A program made the translations under genes and the position numbers. Source: Candidatus Shapirobacteria bacterium (GTDB lineage: Bacteria; Patescibacteriota; Microgenomatia; PFEM01; JBDRBL01). Taken from it: a DNA stretch of 50,459 nucleotides. The DNA lies in the NCBI GenBank assembly GCA_043822685.1, contig JBDRBL010000021.1, positions 1 through 50,459 of the forward strand, given 5' to 3'. Positions within the stretch are counted from its first letter, which is position 1; each line of letters starts with the position of its first letter. The notes beneath the pieces are model-generated. The model did no database searches and had not been told where the DNA came from. It saw only the letters and a program-made list of their open reading frames with translations. Shown here in pieces: positions 44,297-50,459 of the stretch.

Positions 44297-45625
44297 TTAA
44301 AACTCTCTCGCCCGACTATCAACCAAAAGCGATCTCACCGGGATCACTTCTCCCAGGCTTACTTTGTCCCGATTTATCAGCAAAGCCTGCCCGGGTTCAG
44401 GCAACAGCACACGTTCACCCATCTTCTTGGCCAAACTTTCATATTGCTTCATCTGTCGGGAACTGCCGCCAATCGGCACCACGGTTTTGGGTCTCACCAA
44501 ATTCAACATCAAAGCCAGCTCCGCCTGCGCCGCATGGCCGGAGACGTGCAAGTTATCATGAATATCGGCATAACTTACCTCTGCCCCCCGCCATGACAAA
44601 TCATCAATCATCTTGTAAATCGCCGCCTCATTTCCGGGAATATAGTCACTGGACAAAATCACCCGATCTCCCGGCTTAATCACCACTTCCCGAAATTCAC
44701 CGTGGGCAATTCTGGCCAGCGCCGAACTCGACTGCCCCTGACTGCCCGCCACCAAATAGCACAGCTCCGCCGGCGGAAAAAACCTCGCCCGATTCAACTT
44801 AACCACCATCTCGTTCGGAATTTTCAAATAACCCAATTGCCGGGCAATTTTTACGATTTTCTCGATTGATCTCCCCGTTAATACCACTCTTCGCCCTAAT
44901 CGCCTGGCCGCGTTAACCGCCTGCTGCCAGCGCGACACATTGGAAGACATCGTTGTTATCAGGATTTTTCCGGTTACATCCCGCATTTCCTGCTCCAGCA
45001 CGGCTTCAATGGCCATCTCCGAGAGGGTGTAACCCTTATTTTCGCTGCGCAAACAATCACTCAATAACAAACTCACTCCGCGGTTGCCGAACGAAGCAAT
45101 TTTACCTACCTCCGTCAACCTCTGCCCCACCGGCGTCCAATCAAATTTAAAATCACTGGCATGATAAACCAGGCCGGCCGGTGTCGTAATCGCCAGATTA
45201 AAAGTATCCGGAATCGAATGAGTGGTATGAATCAGCTCCACCGAAAACTCTCCCAGTGTCAAACGCTGATCTGAACCAACTGTTTCTACCGGCAGATGCA
45301 AATCAAAATCAGCCAGCTTCTCTTTTGCCAGCGTTGCCGTCAACTTCGCCCCAAAAATCGGAAAATTCCCCGCCCCGATTTTGGGCAAAACAAACGGCAG
45401 GGCGCCAAGATGATCTTCGTGACCATGAGTAATGACCAAACCGCGAATTTTATTCTGTCTTGTTTGCAAGTAGCTTACATCCGGCACCAGCAAATCCCCC
45501 TCTTCCGTCTCCACGCTGGGGAAACCGATGCCGCAATCCACCAACAAAATGTCTCTTTCCGTTTCGTAGACAAACATATTGGTGGTTACGTTTCCGAACC
45601 CACCCAAAGAAAATATTTTCAACAT
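44297..45625 (-). CDS. rnj: Ribonuclease J-like metallo-beta-lactamase/beta-CASP RNase (short form)
   Basis: 442-aa ORF: LLVDCGIGFP, VITHGHEDHLGALP, HVSGHAAQAEL. Confidence 0.8.
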   Translation of the reverse strand: MLKIFSLGGFGNVTTNMFVYETERDILLVDCGIGFPSVETEEGDLLVPDVSYLQTRQNKIRGLVITHGHEDHLGALPFVLPKIGAGNFPIFGAKLTATLAKEKLADFDLHLPVETVGSDQRLTLGEFSVELIHTTHSIPDTFNLAITTPAGLVYHASDFKFDWTPVGQRLTEVGKIASFGNRGVSLLLSDCLRSENKGYTLSEMAIEAVLEQEMRDVTGKILITTMSSNVSRWQQAVNAARRLGRRVVLTGRSIEKIVKIARQLGYLKIPNEMVVKLNRARFFPPAELCYLVAGSQGQSSSALARIAHGEFREVVIKPGDRVILSSDYIPGNEAAIYKMIDDLSWRGAEVSYADIHDNLHVSGHAAQAELALMLNLVRPKTVVPIGGSSRQMKQYESLAKKMGERVLLPEPGQALLINRDKVSLGEVIPVRSLLVDSRAREF

Positions 45626-45639
45626 CTTTAAAATCCTGT

Positions 45640-46287
45640 TCAGATAATTAAACTCAACTGCCGACTTACCTCTTCTTCCGCCCTGTCGCCGGTTTGATCA
45701 CCCGGATCAGCCTTTTCCCCCAGCAACGTCATTATTTTTTTAAAATCCTCCTGCAATTGTAACATCACCGCTCCATTCCTCAAGGCCGCCGCCGGATGAT
45801 ACATCGGCAGCACCACCATTTTTCTGCCTCCGAAATCCACGTACCGCGCCAAACCGTGTACCCGCGAGATATATTCACCCGGCAAAAATTTATTCATCGA
45901 AAAACGCCCCAAAGTAACAACTATCCTCGGCTCGATGATTTCAATTTGCTCGTCCAGATATCGGCCGCAAGCCTCCATTTCTATCGGCAGGGGATCACGA
46001 TTATCCGATGGCCGATGTTTAACCACATTGGTAATGAACACATCTTGTCTTCGAACACTAATTGTATCCAATAATTGATCAAGTAATTTACCCGCTTGCC
46101 CCACAAAGGGCCGTCCCAACCGATCCTCATTAAAACCCGGTCCCTCGCCAATAAACATTATTTTTGCTTCGGGATCCCCTTCTCCCGATACTCCTTGAGT
46201 CGTCCCCCGCCACAAAGAACACTTCCGGCAAACCCCTACTTTTTGGGCAATTTGGGTTAAGTGCGCCTGTTTTTCTTCTCGCGTCAT
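45640..46287 (-). CDS. Uracil-DNA glycosylase, family 4
   Basis: 215-aa ORF: CRKCSLWRGTTQGVSGEGDPEAKIMFIGEGPGFNEDRLGRPFVGQAGKLL...FITNVVKHRP...HPAAALRN. Confidence 0.85.
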   Translation of the reverse strand: MTREEKQAHLTQIAQKVGVCRKCSLWRGTTQGVSGEGDPEAKIMFIGEGPGFNEDRLGRPFVGQAGKLLDQLLDTISVRRQDVFITNVVKHRPSDNRDPLPIEMEACGRYLDEQIEIIEPRIVVTLGRFSMNKFLPGEYISRVHGLARYVDFGGRKMVVLPMYHPAAALRNGAVMLQLQEDFKKIMTLLGEKADPGDQTGDRAEEEVSRQLSLII

Positions 46288-46291
46288 GTTT

Positions 46292-47296
46292 TTACCACTG
46301 GGGCAAAAAATCTTTGATATTTTCCGTAGTTAAAATAAACTTTTTTCCCTTGCCTTCAATGATCAGGCGGGCAATTTTGCGGCAAACACCGTTGATTGTC
46401 CGTTCCAGTGTTCGAACCCCGGCGTCAAAACCCAGCGGCCGGACAATTTTGGGCCAAATCGCATCATCAATTTTGATTACCTCCTTGCTTAATCCCGACT
46501 CCGCCATTACTTGCGGCAAAACAAAATCCCGGCCAATAGTAATCTTCTCCTCGTCTGTATATGACGGCATCTGCATTGGCTCCAGGCGATCCAGCACCGC
46601 CGTAGCAATATTGGTCGAGTTATTGGCCGTCGCCACAAACAAAACCTCGGATAAATCAAGCGGATAATCAATAAAATGATCCCGAAAAGCCATATTTTGC
46701 TCCGGATCCAAAAGCTCTACCAGCACACCCATAATACTACTGCGCCCTTCCTCGGTGACCCGATCAATCTCGTCAAGTAAAATAACCGGATTTTTGGTCC
46801 CGGCTCGCCGCAAGGCCTTGACAATCAAGCCCGGCTCAGCCTCCGGCCGCTGGCGTGATTGACCCCGCAAATCCAAGGGATCACCCATCCCGCCCAAGGG
46901 TACCCGCACCAGCTTACGCCCCATCGCCTCGGCGATGGAATAAGCAATTGTCGTTTTACCTGTACCGACCAAGCCAAAAAAGGCCAAAATCGGCGCCCGG
47001 GCCATTTTGCCTCCCTGCCGCAGTTTTAAAACCGCCAAATATTCTAAAATCCGGTCTTTAATCTCCTTTAAACCATAGTGGTTTTTATCCAAAATCTTTT
47101 GCGCCTCATCCAAATCTAAATGATCCGTCGAGCGCTTATCCCAAGGCAGAGCGGTAATCCAGTCCAAATAATGATTGGTGCGTTCGTATTCGGCCGAGTA
47201 AATCTCCGATTTCTCCATCCGCTCCAGCCGCGCCAGCATCTCCCGGGCAAACTCCTTTAACTCCGGCGGCAGATTATCCAAGTCGTACTTCTTCAT
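46292..47296 (-). CDS. Lon-like AAA+ ATPase module without a protease domain
   Basis: From MKKYDL (ATG at 47296) the sequence reads YLDWITALPWDKRS, HYGLKEIKDRILEYLAV, Walker A GLVGTGKTT, Walker B VILLDEIDR, and ELLDPEQNMAFRDHFIDYPLDLSEVLFVATAN. The ORF ends where the Lon S16 protease domain would start. The ORF-track N-terminal extension (to 47419) reads through a repeat. Confidence 0.8.
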   Translation of the reverse strand: MKKYDLDNLPPELKEFAREMLARLERMEKSEIYSAEYERTNHYLDWITALPWDKRSTDHLDLDEAQKILDKNHYGLKEIKDRILEYLAVLKLRQGGKMARAPILAFFGLVGTGKTTIAYSIAEAMGRKLVRVPLGGMGDPLDLRGQSRQRPEAEPGLIVKALRRAGTKNPVILLDEIDRVTEEGRSSIMGVLVELLDPEQNMAFRDHFIDYPLDLSEVLFVATANNSTNIATAVLDRLEPMQMPSYTDEEKITIGRDFVLPQVMAESGLSKEVIKIDDAIWPKIVRPLGFDAGVRTLERTINGVCRKIARLIIEGKGKKFILTTENIKDFLPQW

Positions 47297-47303
47297 CTTT
47301 TTT

Positions 47304-47312
47304 AGTATAACA
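47304..47312 (-). promoter_or_regulatory. Extended -10 TGTTATACT, 7 nt upstream of the ATG of the Lon-like gene
   Basis: The minus strand reads TGTTATACTAAAAAAGATGAAGAA. The same 24-mer occurs at 49968-49991. Confidence 0.45.
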
Positions 47313-47330
47313 TTTTTAAACGGATGCACG

Positions 47331-47406
47331 GTAGGGGCATTGCGTGCAAAACCCGTCTGGAAATTATCTTGTTTATCATGTCGGGCATTGCACGCAATGC
47401 CCCTAC
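47331..47406. repeat. 76-nt GTAG-hairpin doublet (REPIN-like), intergenic copy R1
   Basis: GTAGGGGCATTGCGTGCAA (47331-47349) is the exact reverse complement of TTGCACGCAATGCCCCTAC (47388-47406). R1 is 70/76 identical to R2 at 47801-47876 by hand alignment. Confidence 0.85.
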
Positions 47407-47407
47407 T

Positions 47408-47416
47408 TGTTATAAT
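47408..47416 (+). promoter_or_regulatory. Extended -10 TGTTATAAT upstream of the small TM ORF
   Basis: TGTTATAAT is followed by a 24-nt leader containing AAAGGAGG, located 8 nt before the ATG at 47441. Confidence 0.45.
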
Positions 47417-47440
47417 CACATTGAAAGGAGGTTAAACGAA

Positions 47441-47572
47441 ATGTCTAACATTCCATCAGAACAAATAAAATGGTTAAAACGAGGTGTATTTTCATCAGTG
47501 ATGATAATAATTGCCACAATTTTGGTTATCTTACTCGTGTCCGTCGTAATTATTAAAATTCTGCCTCGTTAA
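47441..47572 (+). CDS. Small hydrophobic protein (43 aa)
   Basis: MSNIPSEQIKWLKRGVFSSVMIIIATILVILLVSVVIIKILPR, with a strong Shine-Dalgarno. It is convergent with the RAYT gene and overlaps it by 4 nt. Confidence 0.5.
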   Translation: MSNIPSEQIKWLKRGVFSSVMIIIATILVILLVSVVIIKILPR

Positions 47573-48144
47573 TCTCTAAACTCCTCATCCTCTTCCCAAT
47601 TCTGGGGATTATCGTGAATATATTTTTGGGTTTGTTCTAATTCTTTCTCGTTCCTGATAATGTGTTCGTAATAATTACGTTGCCAGACGGGATAATCATT
47701 TTCTGTTTGTTTCCTAATTTGTTTGGTGGATTCCGATTTAAATGAACGAATTACGCACGATAACGTCCCTGCTATCACCTGAGCAAATCTGTTTTCTCTT
47801 GTAAGGGTTTTGCGTGCAAAACCCGTCTGGATATTATTTTGTTTATCATCTCGGGCATTGCACGCAATGCCCCTACAAACGGACAAAATCAATATTCCGT
47901 GAACATGATTGGGCATGATCACAAATTGATCCAATTCCACATGATGATGTTTGGGTAATGACCACCAAATCGTTTCGATCGTTTTTCCCCAAGCATTTAA
48001 AACCATTTGGCGTTTCTGAATCTGGCCAAACAAATTATGTTTCTCATGGGTACAAATGGTGACAAAGTAATACCAAGGGGTTGAATAATCCCAAGTCTTC
48101 AAACGAATTGATCTTCGATAGGGTTTGTTATCGACAATCACCAA
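47569..48144 (-). CDS. REP-associated tyrosine transposase-like protein (RAYT; HUH/Y1, IS200-like fold)
   Basis: 191-aa ORF: YDYSTPWYYFVTICT, the HUH motif in FVIMPNHVHGILIL, the Tyr region WQRNYYEHIIRNE, and YIHDNPQNW. A 25-codon in-frame insert (CRGIACNARDDKQNNIQTGFARKTL) is encoded by repeat R2. Confidence 0.8.
   Translation of the reverse strand: MVIVDNKPYRRSIRLKTWDYSTPWYYFVTICTHEKHNLFGQIQKRQMVLNAWGKTIETIWWSLPKHHHVELDQFVIMPNHVHGILILSVCRGIACNARDDKQNNIQTGFARKTLTRENRFAQVIAGTLSCVIRSFKSESTKQIRKQTENDYPVWQRNYYEHIIRNEKELEQTQKYIHDNPQNWEEDEEFRD
47801..47876. repeat. 76-nt GTAG-hairpin doublet, copy R2, inside the RAYT coding sequence
   Basis: It contains two local hairpins, GGGTTTTGCGTGCAAAACCC (47805-47824) and GGGCATTGCACGCAATGCCC (47853-47872). 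It has the same orientation as R1 and starts exactly 470 bp from it. Confidence 0.85.
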
Positions 48145-49970
48145 CTTAATTTCCCTATTTCTTGCCAGTCAATCTCCGAAAAAGCGGTGATTTCCCGCTC
48201 GCCCACCAAATACAAATAGTCATCAAGATACAGCGCACGGCGAATACTATTGCCTTTAACCGCTTTTAACAGTTCCAGGCGATTACCTTGATAACCAAAA
48301 ACATAACCGCCAAGATTACCCGGAACAAAAAAGATTTGGTGTTTCTCATCCTGCAAAAAAGCATGATGGGTTTGCAGAATTTCAGTGTCATATTCTTGTA
48401 ATAAATACTTGTCTAACTCCAAAGGGTCGGCTGAACTACTGACGTCAAACAGAGAAACTTTAACCTCATTGCCTTCTTTGCCTATACCCAAAATTAAATT
48501 TTTTGCCAAAGGATGCAGATAACCGGAGTAGCCGGGGATTTTTAACTCGCCCTTTTTGACGGGTTTGGCCGGATCACTCAAATCCAAAACATAAAACGGA
48601 TCAGTTTGGCGAAAAGTAACTAAATAGCCTTTATCATTGATAAACCGCACTGCATAAATCCGCTCGGTCAAGCCCAAATTTACAATCTGGCCCGCAATTT
48701 TTAGCTTCTGGTCCAAAACATAGACATCATTGGCATTGTTACCCACGGTGGTCGCCACTCGCAGATAATTTTGATATTCGTCCAGGGCAAACTGATTTAG
48801 GAGTTGGCCGGGAACACTTCCTGCTGCATTTACTTGAAAACTCGTCAGAGCAATTTTGACAATGCCCGTCTTTTCCCACTCCCGCTGGTGCTCTTGGGAA
48901 TAATTCTGCATCCGGTTGTTAAAATCATTTTGCCACTTCAAATCATTTTGATAAATTCGCAGAATTTCCTGAATCTCCACTTGTTTGGCCTGATCCGATA
49001 AATCGTAATCTTGCAGTTTTTGCAATTTTGCCCAAACACCCGCCGAAATTAAACCTCGACCAGTCGTGGCAAAAAAACCCAAAGTAATTTCTGATTGACC
49101 AAGATTGCGCGGATAAGTTAAATACCAATTTTCGCCCGAAAAATAAGTTACACTGTGGCCGCTGGAACCCAAGAGCGCCAAACTTTTTTCAACTTTACCG
49201 GTCAAAGGATCAATTACCATCAAGCTGTAAACCACTTCGGCGACGGCTGGTTCCACGGGATGATAAATCTGGACGCAATCAATCACTTGGCCCTTTAACG
49301 GCTCCAATAAACAAGGATGCTCGTCGTTGATTTGATCGCGGCCGACCAGATAAATTTTATCTTGAAACAAGCGCGCCGTTATCGTTTGGTGATTTTCTTT
49401 AATTTCTAATTGCCATTTTTGTTGTGGAGACGTGGCGCCATTAACATTCCAGGCGGTAATTTTTTTCTCACCCAAAATTATCAGCGTATCTTTGGCCAGC
49501 AACAATTCGCCATTCAAGTCAATTTGGGAAAGTTGCGCCAATTTTTCCGGCGACAGAGCCTGAATAATGCGGGTTTTTGCTTCTGGCAACGGATAGGGTG
49601 GCATCATTTGAAGATAAACCCGATCACTTTGACTGGACAGATAGATGTTTTTCCCATCGGTTTTGACGATATCCGGTTCATCAATCCCCTTAACTTGCAC
49701 ATTGGTTTCTGAAACTCGCGGGGCAGAAGCAACCACGCCCTCACTGGCCATATCCAAGCGATTCATCGTTTGCCCCATTCCCAAAGCACCCGTTCCCAAT
49801 TGTCTAGCCTTGGCTAAATATTCCTGAAATTCTGCCTCACTTTGGAAACTCTTAATCTCCTCGATTGATTTTGGAACCGGAGGGGCAATAGATTTACCCA
49901 TACGTTGCCAGACCGTTAGCCCTACTGCTAGGGCCACCATCACGATCAACAACCAGTAGATTTTCTTCAT
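48138..49970 (-). CDS. Secreted beta-propeller domain protein (Beta_propel-like)
   Basis: From MKKIYWLLIVMVALAVG (ATG at 49970) there is a signal anchor. RIYAVRFINDKGYLVTFRQTDPFYVLDLSDPAKPVKKGELKIPGYSGYLHP matches the family signature as I remember it. The ORF-track N-terminal extension is antisense to the 49992 ORF. Confidence 0.75.
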   Translation of the reverse strand: MKKIYWLLIVMVALAVGLTVWQRMGKSIAPPVPKSIEEIKSFQSEAEFQEYLAKARQLGTGALGMGQTMNRLDMASEGVVASAPRVSETNVQVKGIDEPDIVKTDGKNIYLSSQSDRVYLQMMPPYPLPEAKTRIIQALSPEKLAQLSQIDLNGELLLAKDTLIILGEKKITAWNVNGATSPQQKWQLEIKENHQTITARLFQDKIYLVGRDQINDEHPCLLEPLKGQVIDCVQIYHPVEPAVAEVVYSLMVIDPLTGKVEKSLALLGSSGHSVTYFSGENWYLTYPRNLGQSEITLGFFATTGRGLISAGVWAKLQKLQDYDLSDQAKQVEIQEILRIYQNDLKWQNDFNNRMQNYSQEHQREWEKTGIVKIALTSFQVNAAGSVPGQLLNQFALDEYQNYLRVATTVGNNANDVYVLDQKLKIAGQIVNLGLTERIYAVRFINDKGYLVTFRQTDPFYVLDLSDPAKPVKKGELKIPGYSGYLHPLAKNLILGIGKEGNEVKVSLFDVSSSADPLELDKYLLQEYDTEILQTHHAFLQDEKHQIFFVPGNLGGYVFGYQGNRLELLKAVKGNSIRRALYLDDYLYLVGEREITAFSEIDWQEIGKLSW

Positions 49971-49977
49971 CTTTTTT

Positions 49978-49986
49978 AGTATAACA
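49978..49986 (-). promoter_or_regulatory. Extended -10 TGTTATACT, 7 nt upstream of the beta-propeller gene ATG; overlaps a plus-strand TATAAC 6 nt upstream of the 49992 ATG
   Basis: The two divergent start codons are only 21 nt apart: 49970 on the minus strand and 49992 on the plus strand. Confidence 0.45.
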
Positions 49987-49991
49987 CTATT

Positions 49992-50222
49992 ATGAAAAAC
50001 ATTATCCAGAAAACTAATCAAGTCATCAAAACTTTTGCAACCGTCGAGCAGCGACCTTGGGGGATCGAAGGCTGTATGATTGAATTGACTAAACAAGTTG
50101 GCGAATTGGCCAAAAGTGTCATGATGCTGGAAAATTACTACCTGGCTGCTCGCGATCAATTGGTTCAAAAAGAGAAAGATCAAAGTCGTTCAGTAATGTT
50201 ATCATGTTTTAAAACACGATAA
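49992..50222 (+). CDS. Possible MazG-like nucleotide pyrophosphohydrolase domain protein (76 aa)
   Basis: FATVEQRPWGIEGCMIELTKQVGELAKSVMMLENYY resembles the small all-alpha MazG-like fold. The last 8 codons and the stop are encoded by palindrome copy 4. Confidence 0.35.
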   Translation: MKNIIQKTNQVIKTFATVEQRPWGIEGCMIELTKQVGELAKSVMMLENYYLAARDQLVQKEKDQSRSVMLSCFKTR

Positions 50223-50224
50223 CA
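50197..50224. promoter_or_regulatory. 28-bp palindrome, copy 4 (one mismatch)
   Basis: TGTTATCATGTTTTAAAACACGATAACA, with C instead of T at 50217. Confidence 0.55.
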
Positions 50225-50373
50225 TAATCAGGGAGAAGCGCGGAAATTAAAAGAGAAAGTGTTAAAAGGTGTTAAAATGAACAAAAAGTTCGTATAATAA
50301 CGAGTTAAGTGAAATTCGAGCCCGAGCCCTTACATTACAAACGTTTATATAATTTGTTAAACTTAATAATAAT

Positions 50374-50459
50374 ATGAGTATGAAAAACTATATTTTAATT
50401 GGAATTATTGGTGTTTTAATTATCGGAGGATATCTTGTTTACCAATGGTCTTTTCGGCC
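50374..50459 (+). CDS. Partial CDS, N-terminal TM helix of an unknown protein (continues beyond the window)
   Basis: MSMKNYILIGIIGVLIIGGYLVYQWSFR... is an open frame running to the window end in very AT-rich sequence. Confidence 0.35.
   Translation, partial: MSMKNYILIGIIGVLIIGGYLVYQWSFR

Noticed and set aside
47297-47419. N-terminal extension of the Lon-like ORF (MIITSRGIACNARHDKQDNFQTGFARNAPT...)
   Set aside because: The extension is simply the translation of repeat R1. The conserved promoter/start module and the Lon homology both begin at the ATG at 47296.
49971-50183. N-terminal 71-aa extension of the beta-propeller ORF
   Set aside because: It lies antisense to the ORF at 49992-50222 and precedes the obvious signal-anchor start MKKIYWLLIV. 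That start carries the same 24-nt promoter/start module as the gene at 47296.
18437-50224. The four 28-bp palindromes considered as a CRISPR array
   Set aside because: There are only four copies, spaced 443 bp to 21 kb apart and separated by ordinary genes. There is no regular repeat-spacer periodicity and no cas genes.

Overview
The window looks like a streamlined, CPR/Patescibacteria-like bacterial chromosome segment, an attribution that is inferred, not proven. Almost all of it is one minus-strand block of information-processing genes. In minus-strand order these are rpoB-rpoC, rpsL-rpsG, an inserted accessory island, fusA-tuf-rpsJ, and then the fused S10/spc/alpha clusters (rplC through rplO, secY-adk-map-infA-rpmJ-rpsM-rpsK-rpsD-rpoA-rplQ) and rplM-rpsI. 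There is no L30 gene between rpsE and rplO, and several r-proteins are short (L15 is 79 aa, L18 is 92 aa, S11 is 113 aa). Upstream (higher coordinates) lie housekeeping genes: mltG, ruvX, a sortase, alaS, ftsK, RNase J, a family-4 UDG and a Lon-like AAA+ module. The first 3.7 kb is a visibly AT-richer operon on the minus strand: ArsR/SmtB regulator, cysteine desulfurase, DsbA-like protein and a heavy-metal P-type ATPase. I found no rRNA, tRNA or CRISPR array. Six things stand out. (1) A 28-bp perfect palindrome occurs four times, and two copies bracket a TrpR/YerC-like regulator gene. (2) A RAYT-type HUH/Y1 transposase gene carries a 76-nt GTAG-hairpin doublet (REPIN-like) in frame inside its own coding sequence, with a 92 percent identical copy 470 bp away. 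A decayed RAYT at 4.1 kb keeps a different doublet at the same protein position, next to a dense cluster of GC-rich hairpins at a compositional boundary. (3) The str operon is split between rpsG and fusA by an island with MNT-HEPN and HicBA toxin-antitoxin pairs, plus a 41-codon in-frame deletion remnant of a second TrmH-type methyltransferase gene. (4) rpsC and alaS each carry a single-nucleotide homopolymer frameshift. (5) A TGTTAnnnT extended -10 element recurs 6-8 nt upstream of start codons, which suggests leaderless mRNAs. (6) Terminator-like hairpins sit between promoter-like elements and the rplC and fusA starts. All functional calls come from reading the translations by eye; no database search was possible.
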